Positions 38,720 to 52,189 of a stretch of 64,000 nt of DNA are shown one piece after another. Every line of letters starts with the position of its first letter. Position 1 is the first letter of the stretch. The translations under genes were made by a program, and so were the position numbers. The notes under the pieces were generated by a model. That model saw nothing but the letters and a program-made list of their open reading frames with translations, was not told the DNA's origin and did not search any database. The DNA comes from Candidatus Binataceae bacterium (lineage in GTDB: Bacteria; Desulfobacterota; Binatia; Binatales; Binataceae): NCBI GenBank assembly GCA_035541875.1, contig DATKML010000025.1:149-64148 (forward strand). Reading direction: 5' to 3'.

Positions 38720-40024
38720 TTACTTAGCGGGACTCGTATGCATACGGAGTGCGGCCTGTGCCCGTTCGAGCAGTGGCAAGCGCGAGACCAAGGCTGCTCC
38801 GCACAAAAGGGAAATGATCCCGCAGATCACCACCGCCACCTGCGGGCTGACGTGTTCGCCGATGAAACCCACCTCGAGTGAGCCGAGCGGAGCGAGTCCG
38901 ATGAACGAGAGGGTGTAGATACTCATCACGCGTCCGCGCAGTTCGTCCGAAACGAACATCTGGAGCATCGTATTCGTGCCCGCCATGTAGTTGATAATGC
39001 CGAAACCAATCAGCATCTGGGCGAGCATCGAGATCGCTATCCAGCGCGACATTCCAAATCCGACGATCGCGATCGCGGTACAGAAGAGACCCGCGGTCAA
39101 AGTCTGGCGCAGGGCATGACCGGCACGCGATGCCAGATACACGGCGCCCAGAACAGCACCGATTCCTTGCGCAGCCATCAGGAAGCCATAACCGTGTGCG
39201 CCGACTTTCAGAAGGTCGCGAGCGAAAACGGGAATCAGAACCGAGTAGGTGATTCCGAAGCCGCTGTTCATCAAGACAATCAACAGGAGGATACGCGTCG
39301 GCTGATGTTCCCACGCATATTTGAGTCCCTCGAAGAGCCGCGCGAACATCTGTGAGCCCAACGCTACCGCCGTTTCGCGAGGCGTCAGCTCCATCGAAAA
39401 GAGGCTCCAGAGCGCGGCCAGGTAGCTTACACCATTGAGGAAGAAACAGGTCGCGGTGCTCGTAATGGCGATGAGCAAGCCGGCGATCGCAGGTCCGATC
39501 GTGCGAGCGCCGTTAAAGATCATTGAGTTGAGCGCGATCGCGCTTGGCAGATCTTCCTTGCCAACCATCTCGACCACGAAGGCTTGGCGCCCCGGCATAT
39601 CGAAGGCACTCACCAGACCATTGAATGCAGCGAGCGCGATAACGTGTTCTACCCGAACCGCACCAGTCCAGGTCAGCGCGGCGAGCGCAAAAGCGCTCAG
39701 CATCAGCAGGATCTGCGCGATAATGATCAGCTTACGTCGATCGACGTGATCGACGATTACGCCGGCAAATAGGGCCATCAGCAACGTCGGTACAAAGCTC
39801 GCGAAGGAGACAACACCGAGCATCATGGCCGAGTTGCTGAGCTTCAGCACCAGCCATGATTGCGCCACGGTCTGCATCCAGGTGCCGATAAGCGAGATCA
39901 GCTGGCCGCCGAAGAAAAGACGGAAATTCCGATGGCGCATCGCGCGAAAGGCGCTGAACCATCCTGGCCGCTCCGAGCCGGCGACGGCTCCGCCAACCTC
40001 GTTATCGTTCGGAAGATCTGCCAT
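38720..40024 (-). CDS. MFS transporter (H+ antiporter/DHA3-like)
   Basis: RNFRLFFGGQLISLIGTWMQ, DRRKL, PGRQAF, LRGRVMS. Confidence 0.9.
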   Translation of the reverse strand: MADLPNDNEVGGAVAGSERPGWFSAFRAMRHRNFRLFFGGQLISLIGTWMQTVAQSWLVLKLSNSAMMLGVVSFASFVPTLLMALFAGVIVDHVDRRKLIIIAQILLMLSAFALAALTWTGAVRVEHVIALAAFNGLVSAFDMPGRQAFVVEMVGKEDLPSAIALNSMIFNGARTIGPAIAGLLIAITSTATCFFLNGVSYLAALWSLFSMELTPRETAVALGSQMFARLFEGLKYAWEHQPTRILLLIVLMNSGFGITYSVLIPVFARDLLKVGAHGYGFLMAAQGIGAVLGAVYLASRAGHALRQTLTAGLFCTAIAIVGFGMSRWIAISMLAQMLIGFGIINYMAGTNTMLQMFVSDELRGRVMSIYTLSFIGLAPLGSLEVGFIGEHVSPQVAVVICGIISLLCGAALVSRLPLLERAQAALRMHTSPAK

Positions 40025-40170
40025 CGGGTGAGTGACTAGTTTTATAGCAGTTGGCGGTGATGCGCGACGGGCTTACCGCTCTTGAGCGTTTGCGCTCGGA
40101 GATCGATTCGGCCACTAGTAGCGTGAGCGACCAAAGCCTTCGATTGGCAGCGAAGCTAAGGGTTTTAATC

Positions 40171-41337
40171 ATGGCAAACACGGCGGGCGTTCGAAGAAAG
40201 CCGGAAATTGAGATTACAGAGGCGGAATTTCGCTCAGGGTTTGCCGAGCTACTGTCGAAAGCTCCCGCGCAGACGTTGCCTCATCACGCATTCTTTGCGA
40301 TTCCGGCGAATCAGCACCCGTGGTTCGACACCGGGATAGAGTTAAGGGCCGGCGAGTTCGTAACTATCTTCGCTGTGGGGCGCGCCTGGCTCTCGCGCGA
40401 AGCCGGTATGTGCGTATACCCCGACATGCAGCTGTGGTTCCGCATCGGAGAGCGCGGGAACATCTTTCGCGGCACCCGTTACTCGCACTCCTTTCAGGTG
40501 CGCGAAGCCGGTCGTCTGTTTCTCGGCAACTACTTTCCGGGCGAATGGAATACACGGACTGGTGGTATCGCGGTCGGTACCGAGGCTTATCGGCCGATGG
40601 AAGGCGATATCTGTGTGCTGGCGCTCTGCTGGAGCGGGTTGTCGCTTGAAGGCTTGAAGCGGATAGCGGCGCATGGCGATGTAGCCGGGATGATCCGGCT
40701 GGAGATAGAGCGCCTCGAGAATCCTGCGTTACCACCGGAAGGATGGGAGTATCTGTGGTTTCTCGGCCCGGCCGAGATCTACACTCCGGGATCGCCGGCT
40801 CCGCAGCGGCCCTCAATCCGATGCTATACCCATCAGGATGCCGGCATCCTGCATAAGGACGTATCATTGCCCCTCTCCGATGACGTGCGCCTGCGATGGG
40901 CTTGGAAGGTCGATCTTCTCCCATCCGCGAGCCGGGAAGACCTGCTGCCCAATCACGATTATTTAAGTATCGCGGTCGAATTCGATAACGGTCAGGACCT
41001 GACCTACTTCTGGAGCTCGGAACTGCCGCTCGAAGCGGGGTTCCGCTGCCCGATCACGACGTGGGCGCCTCGTGAAACGCACGTCGTGGTCCGCTCGGGC
41101 AAAGATGAGCTGGGTCGCTGGTGCCAGGAAGAGCGTGCCTTGAAGGCCGATTATCAACGCTACGTCGGTACAGTGGGCGAGAGGGACGCAAGCGTCGACC
41201 CTAGGGTGGTGCCGCCCCCGACACGAATTGTTCGAGTCTGGCTGATCGCGAACAGCATGTTCCGTGAGCAAGTAGGCCAATGCGAATACGGCACTATCGA
41301 GCTACATGCTGGCAGTACCGTCATCACCGTCAACTGA
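40171..41337 (+). CDS. DUF3047 domain protein with an N-terminal lectin-like beta domain
   Basis: LRWAWKV, DLTYFWS, VWLIANS in the C-terminal half; PANQHPWFDTGIEL N-terminal; ATG 40171 chosen (ORF opens at 40051). Confidence 0.65.
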   Translation: MANTAGVRRKPEIEITEAEFRSGFAELLSKAPAQTLPHHAFFAIPANQHPWFDTGIELRAGEFVTIFAVGRAWLSREAGMCVYPDMQLWFRIGERGNIFRGTRYSHSFQVREAGRLFLGNYFPGEWNTRTGGIAVGTEAYRPMEGDICVLALCWSGLSLEGLKRIAAHGDVAGMIRLEIERLENPALPPEGWEYLWFLGPAEIYTPGSPAPQRPSIRCYTHQDAGILHKDVSLPLSDDVRLRWAWKVDLLPSASREDLLPNHDYLSIAVEFDNGQDLTYFWSSELPLEAGFRCPITTWAPRETHVVVRSGKDELGRWCQEERALKADYQRYVGTVGERDASVDPRVVPPPTRIVRVWLIANSMFREQVGQCEYGTIELHAGSTVITVN

Positions 41338-41486
41338 GGATCCGACCAACGAAAAGTCGCTTGCTCAACTCCTGCCCCCAAGCCTTAATGGGATTAACGC
41401 GGAAGCGCAGGCTGAGCTAATATAGAGGCTTACTGAAACGATAGAGAGATCGCTAAGACAGCGGATCCTCAATATGGACACGGCCT

Positions 41487-42662
<1,176 letters not shown>

Positions 42663-42696
42663 TAGGGTCGGCTAAACGTTCATCACGGGCGGGGCG

Positions 42697-43917
42697 ATGG
42701 GCGGATTTTCAGCTGAAAACGATTCGCTGGCGCAGGTCTTCGCGAGTCACGGCTACCTTCCAGGATTCCTCCTGGTGATGCTGGGTGGGCTCGCGCTTAA
42801 CCTTACTCCCTGCGTCTACCCTCTTATCGGCGTCACGGTTGCCTACTTCGGCAATGAGGGCGGCGGACCGCGCCGCGTTATCAGTCTCGCCCTGCTCTAT
42901 GTGCTGGGTATCGCGCTGACCTTCTCGACTGTAGGTGTCGTTGCGGCACTCACCGGGGGACTGTTCGGTGCGGCGATGCAGAATCCTTACGTGCTGGGCG
43001 CAATTGCCCTGATGCTTCTTGCGCTCGCATCGTCGAGCTTCGGCTTTTTCAGCCTGCAACCGCCAGTCTGGCTGATGCAGCGGGCGGGTATCGCGCGGCC
43101 GGGCTACATCGGTTCGCTGGTGATGGGCCTCGGGATGGGCGTGGTTGCGGCGCCGTGTATCGGGCCGATTGTCTTAGGCCTGCTGCTGATGGTTCAACGC
43201 AGCGGCAGTGCGATCTTCGGCTTTTCCCTCTTTTTTGCGCTCGCCGTCGGGATGGGCCTTCCATATATCGCCCTCGCGCTTGCCGCCGGCAATATACGTA
43301 GTCTGCCGCGATCCGGCGAATGGCTTGCTTGGGTCGAACAGCTCTTCGGCTTTATCCTGATTGGTCTCGCGCTCTATTTTCTCGATCCGCTGACGCCGAA
43401 CCGCCTGATGACTCGGCTTCTGCCATATTATGCAGGGGCCGTTGGCATCTTCCTCGGTTTCATTACTCGGCCTGGACGCAACTGGCGCCCATTTCTCGTG
43501 ATCCGGTCTGCAGTCGGCGTGACTGCGACGCTCGCTACCATCTACATGGCGGTGCAGTCGCAACGCCCGCTGGTGGAACTCAGCTTCGCATCCTACAGCG
43601 ACACGCTGCTGCGTAACGCCAAAGAGCAAGGCAAGCCCGTCGTGGTCGATTTCAGCGCGGATTGGTGCGTGCCGTGCCGCGAGATGGAGCATACGACCTT
43701 CGTCGATCCCACGGTGATCGACGCGGCCCGCGGCTTCGTCCGCCTGCGCGCCAACATGACTGCCGACAACGACGTTAATAAGGCGTTAATGAAGCAATTT
43801 AACGTCCAGGGTGTACCAACGACCGTGTTTATCGATTCGCAGGGTCAGATTCGCGCCCGACGGGTCGGTTACGTTGGCCCGCAACAGTTTCTCAAATATC
43901 TCCACGAAGCCAACTGA
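42697..43917 (+). CDS. dsbD: DsbD/CcdA-type thiol:disulfide transporter (TM and thioredoxin domains, no alpha domain)
   Basis: LTPCVYPL, APCIGP, PRSGEWL, ADWCVPC. Confidence 0.88.
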   Translation: MGGFSAENDSLAQVFASHGYLPGFLLVMLGGLALNLTPCVYPLIGVTVAYFGNEGGGPRRVISLALLYVLGIALTFSTVGVVAALTGGLFGAAMQNPYVLGAIALMLLALASSSFGFFSLQPPVWLMQRAGIARPGYIGSLVMGLGMGVVAAPCIGPIVLGLLLMVQRSGSAIFGFSLFFALAVGMGLPYIALALAAGNIRSLPRSGEWLAWVEQLFGFILIGLALYFLDPLTPNRLMTRLLPYYAGAVGIFLGFITRPGRNWRPFLVIRSAVGVTATLATIYMAVQSQRPLVELSFASYSDTLLRNAKEQGKPVVVDFSADWCVPCREMEHTTFVDPTVIDAARGFVRLRANMTADNDVNKALMKQFNVQGVPTTVFIDSQGQIRARRVGYVGPQQFLKYLHEAN

Positions 43918-44042
43918 GCGCTGAGCATCGGGTCGCACTGCGCCTGGATCTCCGTCGGCACGTCTGAAATCCGCAAGGGTTAGTCTCTCGCATACTTTGC
44001 GAATCACGCGCCTCCGATTACGGTAGTCCAAGAAGGTAGAAG

Positions 44043-44528
44043 ATGACGCTTGAAGAGAAGGTTAGGTTGCTTGAAAACTTGCGGGAGATTGAGCAGCTGA
44101 AGTATCGCTATGCTCGCTGCTGCGATAACGGCTATGACTTGGATGGGTTCCGAGCGATCTTCGCTCCGGACGGAAGCTGGTCGGCCAACGGCTACGGCGA
44201 TTCTCGCGGTCATCGGGAGATCTGCGAATTTTTTCGCGAGCTTTCAAAATCCGTCGTTAACGTGCTCCATTACGTCACCTAGCCCAATGTCACGATAGCC
44301 GAGAATGAGGTTTCCGCGACGGGAACGTTCTATCTGCACTGCCTCTCTCAGTTCCGTCGCGAAGAGGATCCGTCACTGGTCGATTTCGTGGTTATCATGG
44401 GCGTCTACGAAGACGAATTCGTAAAGACCGTGAACGGATGGCAGTTCAAATCGATCAAAGTGAAGGTGAGCCACACCAGCAAGCTCAACACCTTGGCGAC
44501 CACGGTTCTTCAACACAAGGACAGCTAA
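44043..44528 (+). pseudogene. SnoaL/NTF2-like protein interrupted by one in-frame TAG at 44280-44282
   Basis: EIEQLKYRYARCCD...HYVT*PNV...GVYEDEFVKTVNGWQFKS; frame stays open to TAA at 44526-44528. Confidence 0.8.
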
Positions 44529-44649
44529 AGGAAGCCCTAAAGCTCATCGCTTCGTTTCACCTAGGGGCGATGGTTTTGTTATGCTTGGCCCAACCGGGTC
44601 TCGGATCTAGGCCGAGATGCCGCAACTTTCGACTTGAGAGGTTCGTTTA

Positions 44650-45345
44650 ATGTCAGCGTCGAGTGAAGCTTTTGTGCGGGACCTGTTTGCGATGGTGCGG
44701 GAGCGCCGTTCCTTCGGCCAGCATCCGCTTTGGAAGAAGATCGCAGATGGAAAGGTGCCGCGCGACAAGATGAAGATTTTTGCGGCACAGTTCTTTCTGC
44801 AGGTGCGTGAATTTCCGCGCGCGATCAGCGCTCTTCATTCCCGCTGCTATGATTCGGTACAACGCCTCAAGTTGGCTGAGAGCCTCTATGAAGAGGAAAC
44901 CGGCCAGCTCTCCGGATCGGCTCCCCATCCCGAATTGTTCATCCGCCTTGGCACTGGCCTGGGGATGAAGCGTGAAGAGTTGACCGAGGCGAAGCCGCTT
45001 CCTTCAACCGCAGCACTGATCGATTGGTTTGAGCTGTCGACCAAGGATCGCTCCTTCGACGAAGGTATCGCTGCGATTAACGTCGCGGCTGAGGGGCAGG
45101 TTCCCGGCAATTTCGAGTCCTTCGCACGCGCACTCCAGAAGCACTACAACCTCAATACCGAGCAGGTGAGCTTCTTCGACGTCCATGAGCTTGCAGACCG
45201 CGACCATAGTGACGTTGGCGATCACGTTCTGAGCCATTCCGAGATGACCGAGCAGGAAAAGGTCAAAGTCAGAGGGGCAGCCGAGCGTTCAGTCGAACTT
45301 TGGTGGCAGTTCTTCGACGGGATGGAACGCGCGATCGGAGTGTGA
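44650..45345 (+). CDS. Heme-oxygenase-like diiron oxidase (CADD/TenA/PqqC superfamily)
   Basis: FPRAISALHSRC, YEEE..H, EGQVP, FFDVHELADRDH metal-ligand pattern. Confidence 0.82.
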   Translation: MSASSEAFVRDLFAMVRERRSFGQHPLWKKIADGKVPRDKMKIFAAQFFLQVREFPRAISALHSRCYDSVQRLKLAESLYEEETGQLSGSAPHPELFIRLGTGLGMKREELTEAKPLPSTAALIDWFELSTKDRSFDEGIAAINVAAEGQVPGNFESFARALQKHYNLNTEQVSFFDVHELADRDHSDVGDHVLSHSEMTEQEKVKVRGAAERSVELWWQFFDGMERAIGV

Positions 45346-45400
45346 CCCGATCGGGTGAACCGAAACTTTACGATTCAGGAACCTTAGTAAGAGAGACACG

Positions 45401-45880
45401 ATGGCCTATCCCTACCGTTCCATCCTCGCGCCGGTTCAGTTCGACGACCCGACTTTTCTCGCACTGGGTTATGCGAAGCAGGTCGCCAAAGACTCGGGTG
45501 CGGTGCTCCATCTGCTGCATGTCGTGGAGAAATTCCCGGCCTTGGGCGAGCCCGACGTGAGTGAGAATGACAATATCCGCGACGAGGACGAGTCACGCGT
45601 TAAGCTGACTGACGTTGCGAACCAGCATCTGGGCGGCGTGAAGTATCAGGTTCACGTGGCTGCGGCTGCGCCGCGCTCGCTCGCCAAAGCGATCGTCCAG
45701 GTAGCAGGCGAGGTCGATGCGGACTTGATTGTTATCAAGACGCACGCGCGCAAAGGGTTGCAGCATCTGATCCTCGGCAGCGTGGCGGAAGAAGTCGTTC
45801 GCAGCGCCCCCTGCCCTGTGCTTACCTTCACCGCTGCTGCACAGGAACGCGCTAGCCATTTAAAGCTGCAAAAAGACTAG
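45401..45880 (+). CDS. Universal stress protein
   Basis: ILAPVQF, LLHVV, ADLIVI, LILGSVAEEVVRSAPCPVL. Confidence 0.93.
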   Translation: MAYPYRSILAPVQFDDPTFLALGYAKQVAKDSGAVLHLLHVVEKFPALGEPDVSENDNIRDEDESRVKLTDVANQHLGGVKYQVHVAAAAPRSLAKAIVQVAGEVDADLIVIKTHARKGLQHLILGSVAEEVVRSAPCPVLTFTAAAQERASHLKLQKD

Positions 45881-46174
45881 AACTCGCAGGAGTTCTCTTC
45901 TCGTTTTGTCTGTATAGGACGTATAGAACGAAATTCTATTTCGATTGCAGGAAGGCGGATTTGGATGGGCTCCGAATCCGTCTTCCTCATTCGCGAATTA
46001 TGCTTTTCTGATCTGGTCTTCGGTGCGTCTCGGAAAAAGGGTAAAATCTTGTTTGTTTCGAAGTCGCTAAACCGGGTCCGTTAGCTTTACCCCATCAGCC
46101 TGACCGGATAGAATTAAAGCTCTATCTCAGCTTGCCTTGGGAGCGGTCCCGCGCGGTAATTCCCCGCGCCATAG

Positions 46175-48595
<2,421 letters not shown>

Positions 48596-48624
48596 CGCAG
48601 CTAGAGCGGACACCAGTCTTTGAG

Positions 48625-48673
48625 TTGTCATCCTGAGCGGAGCGAGTCCGCGAGCGGAGTCGAATGATGACAA
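48625..48673 (+). repeat. TGTC-tagged REP-like unit (internally deleted doublet) between gyrB and gyrA
   Basis: TTGTCATCCTGAGCGGAGCGAGTCCGCGAGCGGAGTCGAATGATGACAA; ends TTGTCA and TGACAA are complementary. Confidence 0.7.
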
Positions 48674-48729
48674 AGTTAGTGATAGCCGGGACTAAAGAAC
48701 CGAGACCGAATCGCGGCACAAAAATATAA

Positions 48730-51255
48730 ATGGCAGATACCAACGGTAACGAACCACATCGTAACGAACCGGCGCGGCTGAATATCGAAGACGACATGCG
48801 ACAGTCCTATCTGGACTACGCGATGTCGGTGAATATCGGTCGCGCGCTCCCCGATTTGCGCGACGGCCTCAAGCCGGTCCATCGACGGATTCTCTACGCG
48901 ATGTTCCGCGAGGGGCTGCTCTCGACGCGTCGCTATTCCAAGTGCGCAGGCGTCGTCGGCGAGGTGCTCAAGAAGTACCATCCACACGGTGACAGCGCGG
49001 TATACGATTCGCTGGTTCGGATGGCGCAGCCGTTCAACCTGCGTTATCCGCTGGTCGACGGCCAAGGCAACTTTGGCTCGATCGACGGCGATAACGCGGC
49101 AGCCTACCGCTATACCGAATGCCGCCTGATGCGAATTGCCGAGCTGATGCTCGCCGATATCGATAAGGACACGGTCGACTTCGTCGATAACTTCGATGGC
49201 TCCGATCAGGAACCCGAGGTTTTGCCGTCGCAGATTCCGAATCTGCTGATCAACGGCTCCGACGGTATCGCGGTCGGGATGGCGACGAATATTCCGCCGC
49301 ACAATCTCGGCGAAGTTTGCGAAGCGCTGCTCAAGCTGATCGACAATCCTGATCTCTCGCTCGAAAAGATTCTCGATATTATCCCCGGCCCTGACTTTCC
49401 GACCGGTGGTCAGTTGCTCGGCCGCCAGGCGATTCGGCAGGTCTATCTGAACAAGCGCGGTATCTTCACGATGCGTGCGCTGGCAGCGATCGAGACCGAC
49501 AAGCGCACTGGCAAAGCGTCGATTATCGTTCGCGAGATCCCCTACCAGGTCAACAAGAAGAAGCTGATCGAACGGATCGCAGAGCTGGTAAACGACAAGC
49601 GGATCGAGGGAATCAGCGATCTGCGCGATGAATCCGACCGCGATGGGATGCGGATCGTAATCGAACTCAAGCGCGACGCCGAGCCACGGATCGTGCTGAA
49701 CCAGCTCTACAAGCTGAGCCAGATGCAGGAAAGCTACGGCATGATCATGCTGGCGATTCACGAGGGTCGTCCGCGTGAGCTCAGCTTGCGAGAGATGCTG
49801 GTTGAGTTTTTGAACCATCGCCGGCAGGTGCTCACGCGCCGTACGCAGTTCGAGTTGAAGCAGGCCGAAGCACGGCTCCATATCCTCGAAGGTCTGCTGG
49901 TTGCGCTGCGCAATCTGGACGCGGTGATCAAGCTGATCCGCGCCGCCAAGGACGCGGAAACGGCGCGTACCGGCTTGATGACGCAATTCAAGCTGACCCA
50001 GGTTCAGGCACAGGCGATTCTCGACCTGACGCTGCGCCGCCTCACATCGCTCGAGCGCGAAAAGATCGAAGCCGAGCATAAAGAGACCGAGGAGACGATC
50101 AAGCAGTTGCGCGAAATCCTCGCCGACGAGAAAAAGTTGATGAAGCTGATCTCCGACGAGCTCACCGAAATAAAAGAAGAGTTCGCTGACGAGCGTCGCA
50201 CGCAGATCGTCGAAGATGAGGGCGAGCTCCGAATCGAAGATTTGATCGTCGAAGAGGATGTGCTCGTGACCGTCACGCACGGCGGCTATATCAAGCGCAC
50301 TCCACTTTCGCTCTATCGTACCCAACGGCGCGGTGGCCGCGGCAAGATTGGTGCGACGACGAGCGAAGAAGATTTCGTTGAGCATCTGGTACCAGTCGGC
50401 ACGCACGACCGGCTGCTGTTCTTTACAAGTGCGGGCAAGGTTTACGAAAAGAAGGCCTACGAGTTGCCCGAGGGAGGGCGCGCCGCGCGCGGTCGCTCGA
50501 TCGCGAATCTGCTCAGCCTCGCGGCGGACGAGCGCCTCTCGGCGTTTATGCCGGTGCCCAAAGATACGGCGGGCAAGTACGTCTTTTTCGCGACACAGCG
50601 CGGGATGGTGAAAAAGACCGAACTCGATCAGTTCGCCAATATTCGTAGCTCAGGAATTATCGCGATCAATCTCGAAGAGGGCGACCAGCTGATCGGCGTC
50701 CGGATCACCGATGGGAATCGCCAAATCGTGCTCTCCACGCGCGAGGGTCAGGCGATTCGCTTCAAGGAAGAGGAAGCGCGCCCGATGGGCCGTGGAACCT
50801 TCGGCGTTACCGGGATGGAACTCGAATCGCGCTCCGTGAAGGACGGCAAGAGCGTCACGCTGGTTAATGACGAGGTCGTTTCGATCGCCGTCGCTCGCGA
50901 TGACGAGACGCTGCTGACCGCCTCGGAGAATGGCTTCGGCAAGCGCACCCCGGCGTCGGAATATCGGCTGACTCATCGTGGCGGTAAGGGCGTGATCACG
51001 ATGGACGTCACGGAAAGAACCGGCAAGGTCGTCGGCGTGCTGCAGGTCGAGGCTGACGATCAGGTCGTGTTGATCACCGATCAGGGCAAAGTGATTCGTC
51101 TTAACGTGAAGCAGGTGCGAATCACGGGCCGCAATGCTCAAGGCGTCCATCTGGTGCGGCTCGAACCGGGCGAAAAAGTTCGTGCCGTATCGCGATTGGC
51201 CGAGCCCGAAGAAGAAGATCCCGAAGGGACTGGCAACGACGGAACGGCGAAATAA
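48730..51255 (+). CDS. gyrA: DNA gyrase subunit A
   Basis: [22 protein letters not shown], GyrA box QRRGGRG. Confidence 0.98.
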   Translation: MADTNGNEPHRNEPARLNIEDDMRQSYLDYAMSVNIGRALPDLRDGLKPVHRRILYAMFREGLLSTRRYSKCAGVVGEVLKKYHPHGDSAVYDSLVRMAQPFNLRYPLVDGQGNFGSIDGDNAAAYRYTECRLMRIAELMLADIDKDTVDFVDNFDGSDQEPEVLPSQIPNLLINGSDGIAVGMATNIPPHNLGEVCEALLKLIDNPDLSLEKILDIIPGPDFPTGGQLLGRQAIRQVYLNKRGIFTMRALAAIETDKRTGKASIIVREIPYQVNKKKLIERIAELVNDKRIEGISDLRDESDRDGMRIVIELKRDAEPRIVLNQLYKLSQMQESYGMIMLAIHEGRPRELSLREMLVEFLNHRRQVLTRRTQFELKQAEARLHILEGLLVALRNLDAVIKLIRAAKDAETARTGLMTQFKLTQVQAQAILDLTLRRLTSLEREKIEAEHKETEETIKQLREILADEKKLMKLISDELTEIKEEFADERRTQIVEDEGELRIEDLIVEEDVLVTVTHGGYIKRTPLSLYRTQRRGGRGKIGATTSEEDFVEHLVPVGTHDRLLFFTSAGKVYEKKAYELPEGGRAARGRSIANLLSLAADERLSAFMPVPKDTAGKYVFFATQRGMVKKTELDQFANIRSSGIIAINLEEGDQLIGVRITDGNRQIVLSTREGQAIRFKEEEARPMGRGTFGVTGMELESRSVKDGKSVTLVNDEVVSIAVARDDETLLTASENGFGKRTPASEYRLTHRGGKGVITMDVTERTGKVVGVLQVEADDQVVLITDQGKVIRLNVKQVRITGRNAQGVHLVRLEPGEKVRAVSRLAEPEEEDPEGTGNDGTAK

Positions 51256-51361
51256 CGGTCGGCGCTGGTGCGATGAAGCTGCGGCTTTTCTGACAGGGCG
51301 AGAATGTGCTCAAGTCTAGGCGCAGAGCAAATTCTGCCTTGAAGTGTCGAGGGGCCAAGCG

Positions 51362-52162
51362 ATGAGCCAAGAAGCCACCGAAAACCCTGTTGTCGTCCAG
51401 CACGAGGCGCCGCTGGGATGGATTATCATCAACCGTCCGGAGCGCCGTAATGCGCTGAATTTTCTCTCCTGGAAGCGCATCGTCGAGGCGATGGAAGAGC
51501 TGAACGCTGATCCCGATGTGCGCGTGATTATCATGCGTGGGGTGAACAGCGAGGCCTTCATTTCGGGTGCCGATATCTCCGAGTTCCCAAGCCATCGCGC
51601 GAACGCCGAGCAGGCGCGCGCCTATCGATCGGCTCCGGGCAATGCGACGAACGCCCTGATGCATAGTCCGAAGCCGGTGATCGCGATGATCGCGGGGATC
51701 TGCATGGGCGGCGGACTACAGGTCGCGCTCTCATGCGATATCCGGATTGCAGCGCGCGGAACGCGCTTCGGAATCCCAGCAGCTCGGCTCGGACTCGCCT
51801 ATCCGCTCGATGGGGTGCTGAACCTGGTATCGATCGCCGGCCCGGCTAACGCTCGCGATATCCTGATGTCTGCGCGAACCTTCGGTACCGACGAAGCGCT
51901 GCAAATGAACCTGCTGACTCGCGTCGTTGAGCCGGACGAACTCGAAACGAATGTCCGCGAGTACGCGACCAAGATGGCGACCAACGCGCCGCTTACGATG
52001 GCTACTGCAAAGGCCACGATTCGCGAAGGCCTCAAGGATGCCGCCGAGCGCGATATCGACAAGATTACCGCGATGGTCGCCCGATGCTTCGACAGCGAGG
52101 ATTACAAGGAAGGTGTTCGCGCCTTTCTCGAGAAGCGTCCGCCCCGATTTCAGGGCCGGTAG
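51362..52162 (+). CDS. Enoyl-CoA hydratase/isomerase family protein
   Basis: NRPERRNAL, FISGADISEF, GICMGGG, EGVRAFLEKRPPRFQG. Confidence 0.92.
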   Translation: MSQEATENPVVVQHEAPLGWIIINRPERRNALNFLSWKRIVEAMEELNADPDVRVIIMRGVNSEAFISGADISEFPSHRANAEQARAYRSAPGNATNALMHSPKPVIAMIAGICMGGGLQVALSCDIRIAARGTRFGIPAARLGLAYPLDGVLNLVSIAGPANARDILMSARTFGTDEALQMNLLTRVVEPDELETNVREYATKMATNAPLTMATAKATIREGLKDAAERDIDKITAMVARCFDSEDYKEGVRAFLEKRPPRFQGR

Positions 52163-52189
52163 CTCTGAATCTAAAAGCCCGTACGATAG

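Noticed and set aside
36840-38720. tRNA-Sec, selB or selD next to selA
   Set aside because: No tRNA cloverleaf or T-loop motif and no such ORFs seen; flanks are dodecin and an MFS gene
48676-50406. 576-aa antisense ORF
   Set aside because: Mirror of gyrA; the long antisense ORFs over leuA (23265-24647) and the carboxyltransferase (55055-56158) are rejected for the same reason
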